Positions 51,814 to 64,000 of a DNA stretch of 64,000 nt are shown piece after piece. Every line of letters starts with the position of its first letter. Positions within the stretch are counted from its first letter, which is position 1. The DNA comes from Octopus sinensis (lineage: Eukaryota), in NCBI RefSeq assembly GCF_006345805.1, contig NC_043014.1, forward strand, positions 10,850,001-10,914,000, given 5' to 3'. Both the position numbers and the translations under genes were made by a program. Below the pieces are notes generated by a model. It did not search any database. It saw only the letters and a program-made list of their open reading frames with translations, and had not been told where the DNA came from.

Positions 51814-52326
51814 TCTATATATATAAAACTGTAGTTGTGTGAGTGTCTGTCCCCTTCGATTTAGATTCCTAACTACTCCCACATTTTGCGGTGCAGTTTA
51901 ACCAAATTCGGGTATCTTATAGTCGTGATTCATATCGAGCCCGTCTGGCTATTAGCGCGCGTCTACGATGAGTCTACGATTTTAAAAATAATTTAACATC
52001 ATTTTTTATTCCATTTTAATGCATAATTTTTCGTGTGTCGATAGCGGCGGAGTTGGCGTCCATGGTCACACCTGCACCTGTTTGCTTCTCCCCCTTCTTC
52101 CCTCCCTCGTGAAGCTGTGGGGAAGGGAGTGTAAGGAAATCAACGTCGTACAGCGTTGTCAAGGAGACCAGCGTTCTTTTAGAACAACGACTTCATGGCT
52201 TGAAGACACCAAAACAGAAATGGCTAAGAAAGCCCGAATTGGCATCTATAAGGGAAGTAACTCTCTAAAAATGCTTATATAGTTATTTCCCTTACAAAGC
52301 CGAACAACGCCGGGCGATACTGCTAG
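51814..52326 (+). mobile_element. Non-autonomous Helitron (513 bp), same family as 48347-48739
   Basis: A|TC...hairpin-CTAG|T; shared 5' ~215 bp and 3' ~75 bp. Confidence 0.9.
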
Positions 52327-52724
52327 TTATTTATATAATGGTTCTCTCGAGATATAAGAAAATGCGTTTTAACTAACAAGCTTATATCAAAGATCTTGAT
52401 ATGAACTCGTTTATTGAAACACATTTTCCTGTATTTCGAGAGGGTCACTATGTCACTAAGGAACACACGCCCTAGTTTTATTTCACGTCTTAAAAATTGT
52501 TTGTAGCTTTTATTTGTCTTTCAATAGTCCTTCTAATCAATTATGGTAATTTTCCTTTTGTGTTATCTTCGTCCAGTAAATTAAAAGAAAAAAAAAACGC
52601 TAATTTTCATTAAGAGTTCTGCTGCTTGTTCAGCTTAAATGTAACTTTAGCCTTATGAAAGGTAATTTATAATAGCATCCATCTTTTCACACAATGATGG
52701 TAACATTATACGCATAGAAAGACT

Positions 52725-53037
52725 CCGCCGGTTACGACGACGAGGGTCCCAGCTGATACGATCAACGGAACAGCTTGCTCGTGAAATTAACGTGCAAATG
52801 GCTGAGCATTCCACAGACACGTGTACCCTTACGTAGTTCTCGGGAAAATCAGCGTGACACAGAGAGTGACAAGGCTGACCCTTTGAAATACAAGTACAAC
52901 TCATTTTTGCCAGCTGAGTGACTGGAGCAACGTGAAATAAAGTGTCTTGCTCAAGGACACAACGCGTCGCCGGGAATCGAACTCACAACCTTACGATCAT
53001 GAGCCGAATTCCCTAACCACTAAGCCACGCGCCCTCA
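52725..53037 (-). mobile_element. SINE with family E head and family C tail
   Basis: Head matches 9830-9976; tail matches 27203-27390. Confidence 0.8.
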
Positions 53038-53519
53038 CATTATACGCATAATATATCTATTGTATACACTTCATTTCCTTTGTATTGACAGTATCAAGAA
53101 AACTACAGTATAGAGTTTCAACTCTTTTGTCTACACCCTCGACTGCTTGCGTTTCTGTAGAAAATCAGTAAACACTTTTGATACGAATGTCCTATCACAA
53201 TTTGAACTTACAAGGACTTCAAAAACTGTTTCTATGACAAACTGGTTGGTTCTGTTATCTTTACATCATAGTCTCAAAAGATTCTTTCATAATATTTTCT
53301 TAAGTGCTTTTACGCCTTTTATAGAAGACAAATATAATCCATAAATAAGATTGAAGATTAAAAATCCTATTAATGATAAATGTCTCTTTATCTTGGTCCC
53401 AGGCGCAAGTTTTTGCCACATAGTACAAACACAGTTGTATCACCAGGGAGTCTTGCAAGTTTATCTATTGTAAATAAGATAGCAATCGCCATATTAGGCA
53501 GCTTTATGGAATACAGTAG

Positions 53520-53559
53520 TACCAGTAATAAAAAATAAATAATGATGATAATAATAATA

Positions 53560-53606
<47 letters not shown>

Positions 53607-53780
53607 GTAAATATAATATAATAATAAAATGATGATGATGATGATAATGATGATGATAATAATAATAGTAATATATAATAATAATAATAATAATAATAAT
53701 GATGATGATAATGATGATAATAATAATAATATAATAATAATAATATAATAATAATAATAATAACAATAATGATAATATAA

Positions 53781-53820
<40 letters not shown>

Positions 53821-53960
53821 TAATAGTAATAATAATAGTAACATTAATAATAATAATAATAGTGATAATGATGATGATCATGATCATGAAAATGATGAAG
53901 ATGATGATGATTATGATGATCATGATGGTGATGGTGGTGATCATGATGATGACGATTTAT
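53520..53960. repeat. (AAT)/(GAT)n microsatellite
   Basis: Directly visible. Confidence 0.95.
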
Positions 53961-54202
53961 TATCATCTCTATGCTAAGTATACAAAGCCACAAATTTTGT
54001 GGGCGGGGAAAAAATTGTGGACTTGTTCGACAGATTAAAAATAAAACCTCAAAAAACCCAAAACAGAGCAAAAATAAAAAGAAAAAAAACTAACTCAAAT
54101 AGGAATTTTAGAAAAACAGAATCCAACATTTTGTTATCGTCGGAGCTTAATGACCAACAGGTCATTAATGGTGTCCCAAGAGTACTGTGCCACGTCTTCT
54201 TC

Positions 54203-54316
<114 letters not shown>

Positions 54317-54322
54317 TTATTA

Positions 54323-54363
<41 letters not shown>

Positions 54364-54369
54364 TATTAT

Positions 54370-55110
54370 TCAGTAGTTTTATTTTTATAGCGTGCTTTCA
54401 CTTCACTACCGAGCGCAGCTCTGTGTGCCTTGGTATGTGCTGTGATTTGTTGTGATGCTCTGATGGTTATTGTAACGAAGTGTTCTCGTAGGATGTGTGC
54501 AGTGCCTAGTAGTGCAATTTTCTGTATGTTATATGTGTTTGTAAGTCCTGGTGTTTTGTTATGTATTTGTCTGAATGTTTTTTTATCATGCCTAATGCAC
54601 CTACTATGATAGGAATTGTTTCTGTTTTCAGATTCCCATCTAGGTTACCTCTATTTCCAGGTCTTTGTATTTTGAGAGTTTCTCCCATTTCTTTTAGAGA
54701 CACGTTGTCATCTGCCGGTATTGATACATCAATTAGAAAGCATTTTTTCTTCATGATCTCTGACAACTATATCTGGTCTGTTGGCCTTATTTCTCTATCT
54801 TGTGTATCGTCATATCCAAGTATGGTTGCTTTCTCGTTTTCTGTGACCTTTTCTGGTGTGTGCCTATACCATCTTTTTTCTGTTGTTATTCCATAATGTT
54901 GGCATAGCTTCCAATGTATGTAGGTTCCAACTCTGTCATGTCTGTGAATATTTCCTTCTTAGCCAGGACTGGGCAGCTAGAGTAATATGATTTATTGTTT
55001 CTTGTCCATCTCCACATATTCTGCAGTTACTTGTAATATTTCTTTTCATTACAGTTTTTGGTAATTTCTGGTGGGGAGGCTTTGGTCTTGTGCTGCAATT
55101 AAAAATCCCT
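54370..55110 (-). mobile_element. R4/Dong-clade non-LTR retrotransposon, 3' fragment
   Basis: ETEGFLIAAQDQSLPTRNYQK; KCFLIDVSIPADDNVSLKE; TIPIIVGALG; 3'UTR running into (AAT)n. Confidence 0.85.
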
Positions 55111-55335
55111 CTGTTTCTGTTTTGATTCTTCTTCTTCTTCTTCTTCTTCTTCTTCTTCTTCTTCTTCTTCTTCTTCTTCTTCTATGTTTGACTTTTGCTT
55201 TATGTTTGTACAAGTTGGCTCCAAGTCTCACCCAGAGACCTCAAGAAACAACAGGTTGGAAGTTGATGTTGTTGTTATGCCTAGTGTGCCATATATTTGT
55301 TTTTTTTTGTTTTATTATTATCATTATTATTATTA

Positions 55336-55396
<61 letters not shown>

Positions 55397-55799
55397 ACAG
55401 CGAGCCGGGCGATATTCTTTGCGGCTTTTCGTTCGTCTTTACGTTCTGGGTTCATTTTTCGGGGTCGATAAAATAAGTGCCAGTTGAACACTGAGGTCGA
55501 TGCAATCGACTTATCCCCAACCCCGAAATTGCTGGCCTAGTGCCAACATTTAAAATTATTATTATTATCATTATTATTATTATTTTCATTATCATCTTCT
55601 TTCAATTCTGTTTCTATGCCTTGCCGAGTGTCTTCCTGGCACCTAGGGCAGTGAAACGCATTGTATACATCGGCAAGTCATTGAAATAAACACACCGGGT
55701 TGTTGATTTACATCATGAGATAGAGAAAAAAGGGGAAGAAAGACAAGGAGAAAAAGGGAAAAAGAAAGAAATAAAGGAAAATAAAGGGGAAAAAAGGAA

Positions 55800-57185
55800 A
55801 AAAAATTCACAGCGACAATGGTCTTCTTAGTAAGTGTGACGTATCAGTAAAGACAATCTTTTGCACTTCCTGTACTGATGGCAAGCCATGGATCATTCTT
55901 AAATCATTTTCAGTTCCATTTTTAATCATTCCAAGCGCTCCTACTATCATTGGTAGTGTAGCCGTCTTGAGATACCACATCTTTTCGATTTCGATTAGCA
56001 AATCTTTATATTTTCTGAGTTTATCAAATTCTTTTGCCGAGATATTATGTTCACAGGGTGTGTTCATATCTGTCAATAAACAAACTTTATTGTTTTGGAC
56101 TTTCACAACAATATCTGGTTTATTTGTTTTGATAGTCCGGTTTGTACATACTAGGAAGTCTCAAAGAATCGTTACATTCTCTCCCCCATTTTCAGCCTCA
56201 GGGTAGTGCTTGTGCCATTTGTAAGCTGTCTTGATTTTATAATGCCGACACATTATTCATTGTAGATAGTGACTAACTCTGTCATGTCTTGATTTGTACT
56301 CTACAGGTGCTAAAATCTTACACCCAGAGATTAGGTGGTCCACTGTTTCAATCATATCGTTGCCTTATCGGCGCTTTGGGTCTACTTCATTTTTCATCAC
56401 ATTGGCTTGATTGCTCTGGGTCAATAAGCTCCGATCTTGAGCAGCCAAGATAAAGCCATCCCTCTCTACCTTTAGGCCTGAGCTCCGTAGCTCATAATAG
56501 GTGTGCTTCTAGTTGTTTGCTACGGGCCACATATTTGCCATGTAGAGGTTTTTGTCCCCACCTATCAGCCAATTGTTCAAACGCATTTTGCTTTGCTATT
56601 GATTTCACCTTCTTTGCAACACAGTTGCCGCACTTCCATTATGCTGTTCAACCTGAGTATTATACACAAACTCACTAATAACTATTTTGCTCTCTGTCGT
56701 AACAGAATTAAGCTTCTTACGTTTCTCGTGGTTTTCAACGAGCTTTAGCACCCAGCCGTTTGACGTTTCAAGATATTTTGCCAGCACAATTGTAGTGGTT
56801 TTGTAAGGTATTTCAAATTGGATCACGTCTCGACCTCCTTGAGCTCTGGATAGGTAAAAACAATCTGCGTCTGCCTTTGGCATGTGCATCTTATTGCAAG
56901 TCAGCAGCTTACAGATTTTCCTGTCAATCTTCCTTATTTCGCTCATATTCCAGTTCAACACATTGTAGCTATAAGTAATAACTGGAACTCCTAAGGAATC
57001 TATAGCTAACATCCTGTTACATGCATTTAACTCAGATTTTAGGACTGCTCGAACTCTCCCGTAACATCCCTTCCTGATCTTCTCTTTCATGCTTGCATAC
57101 TAAATGGCAGAGCCCTCATTTGTTCCGAGGTATTTGTAAGTTTGTTCCTGCTCGATTTTTCTTTTATGATTGTGTCAACATCTAA
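55800..57185 (-). mobile_element. R4/Dong-clade element: RT C-terminus, Zn-knuckle, REL endonuclease (decayed)
   Basis: KSELNACNRMLAI..LNW..IDRK..LY LSR..GGR; DGFILAAQD; ETVDHLISGCKILA..YKSRHD; PDIVVKVQNNKVCLLTDM..KYKDL. Confidence 0.9.
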
Positions 57186-57214
57186 CACCACTGAATGTGA
57201 GGTCTTCAATTTCC

Positions 57215-57484
57215 CTATCTGAAAAGTGGCCTGAAAATGTGGGCGGTTGATGTTAACACAATTTTTTGAGTTTCATAGAATATTGGTTTCCCAGGGATCT
57301 GGTCAAAAACAAGGAAGGATGATTTTGGTTTTTAATTGCATCATCTGAAATATCTCAGTCACAAGGTGCCTATATATGGACGGTTTTTCAAATTCCTTTG
57401 CTGAGATATTTCTATCAGTAGACACTGTCATATCAGTTAACAGGCATGTATTTTGTCTTAGGCCTCTGAAGACAATGTCTGGAA
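57215..57484 (-). mobile_element. Third R4/Dong REL-domain fragment
   Basis: FPDIVFRGLRQNTCLLTDMTVSTDRNISAKEFEK..QKIVLTSTAHI. Confidence 0.7.
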
Positions 57485-57485
57485 A

Positions 57486-57529
<44 letters not shown>

Positions 57530-57601
57530 TATTATTATTATTATTATTATATTATTATTGAGTGAGAGAGCAGTGCATGCATCAAAGTGGCACTGGGGTA
57601 A

Positions 57602-57701
57602 NNNNNNNNNNNNNNNNNNNNNNNNNNNNNNNNNNNNNNNNNNNNNNNNNNNNNNNNNNNNNNNNNNNNNNNNNNNNNNNNNNNNNNNNNNNNNNNNNNN
57701 N
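57602..57701. other. Assembly gap (100 N)
   Basis: N run. Confidence 1.
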
Positions 57702-57738
57702 GATAGATAGATAGATAGATAGATAGATAGAAGATATA

Positions 57739-57771
<33 letters not shown>

Positions 57772-58654
57772 ATGTATGTATTTATATATACATCCATTGT
57801 CGTTTGCCTATTGTAAAACTAATATCGCCTTCAATGATGCTATAGAAAACAACTCATCTCTTTCATTTAGTCCTTATATTGATATAACATAAGTAATATC
57901 CGGGAGAAAATTTCGTAAAATTATAAAGAATGCGTTTACTAAATTATAGAACAGCCACAATGAACTAATAAGATGGACTTTATGCATTGAGCTAATATAC
58001 ATATAAGAGAGAACTATGGTTGAAAATATGGATTGCATAAACTAAATAGAAACTGAAAACTGTAGAACTGTTTAAAGAAACCAGGATATAATCTGTTCAT
58101 GTGGTGGTACTTTAAGTGCTGTTGGAGTCCTAAGACTGATTGGGACGCCTACCTGGGTTCCAAGTCATACATGTGACCAAGGTCACCCCATATCCTTTGA
58201 ATGAGACGTCAGTCCGTTGCAGAGTTACTCATTTACAAATGACAGTGAATTCGTCGTAGGGAGCAGAAAATGCAACGTTTCGAATAAAGTCCTTCTTCAG
58301 GAGAAAGTTGACAGGCGAGAAATTAAGGAGACACAGCTGAGGTTTGCATCTTCTAAACAAAACGAAAACTTCTGCAGCTCTTTTATGGCTGAGTGAACTG
58401 CAACAACATGAAATGAAGTGTTTTGCTCAAGAATGCAAAGCAGCGGCCGGTCCAGGAATCGAAACTACAAAATTACAATCGTGCGAGTGTTACGTGAGCA
58501 TAACACTCTACATACTAGGCCACGTGTCTTCACCAATCGGTGGTCATGTGTCAAGAATGTTGGAATGATGGCCTAATATTTTTAGAATAATTAGTTTTGT
58601 TCATTGACGTTCTAAGTTCAAAGCTCTTGCTGTTACCGATATGCAACGAATATA

Positions 58655-58885
58655 TATTTCTTTACTACCCACAAGGGGCTAAACATAGAGAGGACAAACA
58701 AGGACGGACAAACGGATTAAGTCGATTACATCGACCCAGTGCGAAACTGGTACTTTATTTATCGACCCCGAGAGGATGAAAGGCAAAGTTGACCTCGGCG
58801 GAATTTGAACTCAGAACATAACGACAGACGAAATAAGGCTATGCATTTCGCCGGCGCGCTAACGCTTCTGCCAGCTCGCCGCCTT
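58655..58885 (-). mobile_element. SINE family A
   Basis: Family match. Confidence 0.9.
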
Positions 58886-59029
58886 ATGCAACGAATATAA
58901 ACTACGAACTGTAACGCGAACAGCGTTAATCTCCACGCCAAACGACAATCTAGAGTAAAAGGGAAAATTTTACGCGTTAGTAGTATTATTTCATGCTTAA
59001 TCCTAGATCAGTGTCACCAGAGCAGAGAT

Positions 59030-59230
59030 ATGACAAAAAATATAAGGCCAATACTTACCTATATTGAAGGTCACCTCGGGTGAATAGGGGGTGTGAACCA
59101 GATGGTTTTCCTATTCCTATGTTTCCTCTTCTTTATTGTTGGGCTGGTGGCAGGTGTATAGGTTATTTCCTCGCTAAAACCACTATCTTTTAGAGCATTA
59201 TTATATACTGGGCGCACATGTGTAGGTATG
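59030..59230 (-). mobile_element. PLE fragment (RT/EN linker)
   Basis: YNNALKDSGFSEEITY..RKHRNRKTIWFTPPYSPEVTFNIGK, homologous to 45900-46100. Confidence 0.7.
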
Positions 59231-59659
59231 AACGGACGCGCTTACGCGAATACTATGAACTTTTTACCCCTTACTTTACTTTCTCCCCTAACTTAGCTGT
59301 CATTCGAATAGCTCTTTTGTCTTGATAACTGTCAATCACACAGTAATTTCACTTTGTATAACGGTCATTTTTAATAGCATTTTTCCGATGGCCGGATAAC
59401 TGAAGAGATGTATGTATGTCTGTATATGTGTGTGAGAGAGAGTGTGCATGTATGTATATATGTGTGTGTATGTGTATGTTTGTACGGATGTATATATACA
59501 TATGTATGTGTGTTTAAGTATCTATATATACTCATATGTCTATTAAACATATGCATATGTACATGTACGTGTGTATGAAGCCATGTGATCTAGTAATTCG
59601 GCTGATACCCACAAGATCGTAGTTTCAGTTCCCAGCAAAGCACTTCATTTCTCTTTATT

Positions 59660-59892
59660 CTTATTTCTTTATTGTCCACAAGGGGCTAGACATAGCGGGG
59701 ACAAACAAGGACAGACAAAAGGTTTTAATCGATTACATCGACCCCAGTGCGTAACTGGTACTTAATTTATCGACCCCGAAAGGATGAAAGGCAAAGTCGA
59801 CCTCGGCGGAAATGAACTCAGAACGTAACTGCAGACGAAATACGGCTACGCATTTCGCCCGGCGTGCTAACGGTTCTGCCAGCTCGCCGCCT
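59660..59892 (-). mobile_element. SINE family A
   Basis: Family match. Confidence 0.9.
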
Positions 59893-60119
59893 TATTTCTC
59901 TTTATTCTGCGATCACTTCCACATCTGACGTGTAGTACACCTGTGCACCTGTTCAGGTAATGCCGATTTGATGGAGAGAAAGAGAGAGCTAATGTTCAGC
60001 ACAAACATTTGATCACTACAAATAAATCATTTGTGTAATTTATTCCGTAAGAAGCGACAGAACCTTGAGCTATCCCTTTCAACAGTAGAGTCCACGACAT
60101 AACTATTTGATTATTATAC

Positions 60120-60350
60120 TCTCTCTTTTTACTCTTTTACTCTTTTACTTGTTTCAGTCATTTGACTGCGGCCATGCTGGAGCACCGCCTTTAATCGAGC
60201 AACTCGACCCCGGGACTTATTCTTTTGTAAGCCCAGTACTTATTCTAACGGTCTCTTTTGCCGAACCGCTAAGTAACGGGGACATAAACACATCAGCATC
60301 GGTTGTCAAGCAATGCTAGGGGGACAAACACAGACACACAAACACACACA

Positions 60351-60388
<38 letters not shown>

Positions 60389-60553
60389 TACGACGGGCTT
60401 CTTTCAGTTTCCGTCTACCAAATCCACTCACAAGGCTTTGGTCGGCCCGTTCCTATAGTATAAGACACTTGCCCGAGGTGCCACGCAGTAGGACTGAACC
60501 CGGAACCATGTGGTTGGTAAACAAGCTACTTAACACACAGCCACTCCTGCGCC
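60120..60553 (-). mobile_element. SINE family B
   Basis: Near-identical to 4345-4780. Confidence 0.9.
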
Positions 60554-61374
60554 TATACAAATGAGTTCCCATACTATTTTTTTTTAATTGCTTTATGTTC
60601 TTTCCAAATCTTGAAAACTATGGATTTCACTATTTGATATTAAACACGACTTAATTTAGTTATTTGGAAAATAAATATTGACATTTTCTGCAGCAAATAA
60701 AATTGTGATTTTTTAAAAATAAAATTGTGATTTATTAACTCATATTAATTCAGATAAACAGATGAAACCAGTTGCAGAATATTTGTCAACAAATTAACGG
60801 ATTATTTTGTAAACAATAGTTGCAAACTGTAAAATCCGAATGCAGAACTATTATTGCACCAAGGGAAAGCCAGATTGGCAAATAGCACTTACTATTTCAC
60901 AGCTCCTGAGAAAACAGAAGCAATTTATTTCTAATTCCGTAATTGTACTACACCTAATTAATGAACTAGCCAATCAAGGTATCAAAAGAAAATTATTTTC
61001 TGTTTGACGTTTCAGCAAATTGAACGAACCGAAATTCTGTGAAAATTTGCTTTTAATTCCTCAACAGTTTGATTGAAAATGGTAGTAGATTACATTCTAA
61101 AGATAATTGAAGTCGAAAATAAATCAAAGAAATTGCTGACGTAGTGATGGAACACATTGAATAGGTAATGCAAAAGAAAAATAGATTACCTTCACCAGAG
61201 AAAGACGTGTTAGAGCATTTGGTGGATTTAACTGTGAAGAGAGTATAATGTATTCTCAAATTTAAAGTGATGAGGAATACTTTTAATTTTGGTATTTATT
61301 GTCCGGTAGAACATTTTGAGCATTTTCTAATATTTCTGTACAGTAGGAGTTCCGTTACTGGTTTAAGTCTTTAA

Positions 61375-61967
61375 AGGCGGCGAACTGGTAGAAACGTTAG
61401 CACGCCGGGCGAAATGCGTAGCAGTATTTCGTCTGTCGTTACGTTCTGAGTTCAAATTCCGCCGAGTTCGACTCTACCTTTCATCTCGGGGTCGATTAAA
61501 TAAGTACCAGTTACGCACTGGGGTCGATGTAATCGACTTAATCCGTTTGTCTGTCCTTGTCTGTCCTCTCTGTGTTTAGCTCCTTGTGGGTGGTAAAGAA
61601 ATAGGTATTTCGCCTGCCTCTACGTTCTGTACCAGTTACTGGGGTCGATACAATCGACTTAATCCGTATGTCTGTCCTTGTTTGTCCTCTCTGTGTTTAG
61701 CCCCTTGTGGGTAGTAAAGAAATAGAAATAGGTATTTCGTCTGCCGTTACGTCCTAAGTTCAAATTCCGCCGAGGTCGACTTTGCCTTTCATCCTTTCGG
61801 GGTCGATAAATTAAGTACCAGTTACGCACTGGGGTCGATGTAATTGACTTAATCTGTTTGTCTGTCCTTGTTTGTCCTCTCTGTGTTTAGCCCCTTGTGG
61901 GTAGTAAAGAAATAGGTATTTCGTCTGCCGCTACGTTCTGAGTTGAAATTCAGGTAGTAAAGAAATA
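61375..61967 (+). mobile_element. SINE family A tandem array inside one 15-bp TSD
   Basis: GGTTTAAGTCTTTAA at 61360-61374 and 61968-61982. Confidence 0.92.
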
Positions 61968-62629
61968 GGTTTAAGTCTTTAATGTTTAACAACGTTTAGA
62001 GACGAGATGTCAGGTAGGCATTTAGACACAGACAAAGAGAAAAAAGATTGGAGATAAAAACGTAGATCGACATAGATAAAATTCCTCCCGTTTGTTTTTT
62101 GTGTCTTCTTGTCCATTTCTCTCCTTGTCTCTTCCGCTTAGAAAACGTCTCATCCCTTTCTTTTTATTGCTACTTCCGTTGATGTACCTGCCACTATCTT
62201 TATCGTGTTTACGTAGATGAATCAGGCCACGGTAGTCTATGATCCCTGCAAGCGTTGTCGCTGTCCTCATCATTCCGGTTGGCATCGTAAGATCTACGAC
62301 GTCTATGCATTCATCTAACCCCCAGCTGTGCAGACGTTTTTTTCTGTTCGGACTCCGCTAGCGTGGGCTCCTCTTACACACAATAGTCCATCCGACGGGA
62401 GCGTTTATTCTTTCTTTGGACTTTGTGATAATCCAAGGTTGAGAAAGATATCTGTTTTACCCTTATCCGAGAACTGGATTGTGGCTCTCTAAGCCGTCCG
62501 TCGAAGTATACATAACGTCGAATTCGATGTTAAAGAGAGTGTTAACTGATTCATGCATCTTCATCGCCTCATCTTTGCAACAGATCACAACAAGCGCCTG
62601 GGTTGAAGTTGTTGTTGTTGTTGTTGTGA

Positions 62630-63140
62630 CCCCCTTCGGTCATGAATGACCATGGGATTGCACCTAGAAAGTTACCCTCCGAGGCACAAGTCTGGGCAAG
62701 GTTGTTTATGGAAGACCAGCAGTCGCCCATGCATACCAGCATCCTCTCTCCACACCACCGATGTTATCCAAGGGAAAGGCAAAGGGACCGATACAATTTG
62801 GCACCAGTGACGTCGCAGCTCATTTATTAACGTACAAGTGGCTGAACACTCCACAGACATGTGTACCCTTAACGTAGTTCTAGGGGAGATTCAGCGTAAC
62901 ACAGAGTGTGACAAGGCTGGCCCCTTTGAGATACAGGTACAAGAGAAACAGGAAGAAAGAGTGAGAGAAAATTGTCGTGAAAGAGTACAGTAGGGTTCAC
63001 CACCACCTCTTGCCGGAGCCTCGTGGAGCTTTTAGGTGTTTTCGCTCAATAAACACTCATAATGCTCGGGCTGGAAATCGAAACCGCGATCCTACGACCG
63101 CGAGTCCGCTGCCCTAACCACTGGGCCATTGCGCCTCCAG
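62630..63140 (-). mobile_element. SINE family C head/body joined to a family E tail
   Basis: 62826-63140 matches family C; 62630-62825 matches the family E tail. Confidence 0.8.
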
Positions 63141-63392
63141 CAGGGGTGAAGTACTCCACACTTTATATCACCTTGGAAAAATATACTGAAACATCTCTCT
63201 TGATTTCATCAGATAACTAAATCAAATATGAAAGTGGTCACATATGATATGGAACTATATATCAAATATTTTCTTGATGAATTAGTTATATCTGGATAAA
63301 GTCAAATGCTTTTATCAATACTGTAATTGCTACCTAAAAACATACAAAAAGAATTAGAAAAGTAACTAGATGTTTATTAGTTTGCTGCCATA

Positions 63393-63556
63393 TTGGCTGT
63401 GTGGTAAGAAGCATGCTTCCCAATCACATGGTTCCGGGTTCAGTCCCACTGCGTGACACCTTGGGCAAGTGTCTTCTACTATAGCCACGGGCCGACCAAA
63501 GCCTTGTGAATGGATTTAGTAGCGGGGAACTGGAAGTAGCCCTATATATATATTTA

Positions 63557-63623
<67 letters not shown>

Positions 63624-63830
63624 GTATCTGTGTTTGTCCCCCAACATCGCTTGACAACCGATGCTAGTGTGTTTACGTCCCCGTAACTTAGCGGTTCGGC
63701 AAAAGATTCCGATAGAATAAATACTAGGCTTGCAAAGAATAAGTTTTGGGGAGTCGATTTTTTCGACTAACACTCTTCAAGGCGGTGCTCCAGCATCGCC
63801 GCAGTCAAATGACTGAAACAAGTAAAAGAA
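63393..63830 (+). mobile_element. SINE family B
   Basis: Family match. Confidence 0.88.
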
Positions 63831-64000
63831 TATATGAATATCGGAAATATACCAAAATCATTTGAAAAGTCATTAAGACATCTAAATGCCTACAAAACGA
63901 CGCAGTTCCTATTTCCAATATATTTTTTTAATGCAAAGAATGGTAAAGGATATTTCTTTAACTACAAAGTCAACGGACATAAAGGAGAAATAACCTGATA

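Noticed and set aside
58270-58305. Minus-strand CTGAAGA...GAAACGT (similar case at 50575-50610)
   Set aside because: The core words are present but stems I and II do not pair.
61060-61260. Ankyrin-like LIENGSRLHSKDN peptide and flanking AG/GT sites
   Set aside because: Stops interrupt all frames and the similarity is too short.
62000-62600. GC-richer coding-like stretch, possible LINE ORF1 remnant (-)
   Set aside because: No diagnostic motif could be pinned down by eye.

Overview
AT-rich, repeat-saturated eukaryotic scaffold segment with two 100-N gaps. The SINE families and microsatellite load point to a coleoid cephalopod, most likely Octopus (inference, no search run). No protein-coding gene can be called with confidence. 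Most long ORFs in the track are microsatellite artefacts or decayed TE fragments: Penelope-like elements (PLEs), R4/Dong, CR1, Tc1/mariner, Helitrons, a solo LTR and dozens of tRNA-derived SINEs. The main signal is RNA-level: seven intact-looking type I hammerhead-ribozyme motifs plus one degenerate copy. Four lie in two diverged but collinear non-coding elements (19483-20788 and 24780-25442) whose cleavage sites are 455 and 457 nt apart. Their stems I and III and an extra hairpin differ by compensatory changes, suggesting a retrozyme-like or PLE-derived self-cleaving RNA family. Three more are variant-core (CUGUNGAA) motifs, and one sits in the terminal repeat of a recognisable PLE. Other points of interest are a solo LTR with YY1/NRF1/ETS motifs, a candidate 143-aa minus-strand ORF with a CRE/TATA-like upstream region, and a 38-bp minisatellite born at a MITE junction. 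All alignments and folds were done by eye; SINE and TE boundaries are approximate (about +/-10-20 bp).
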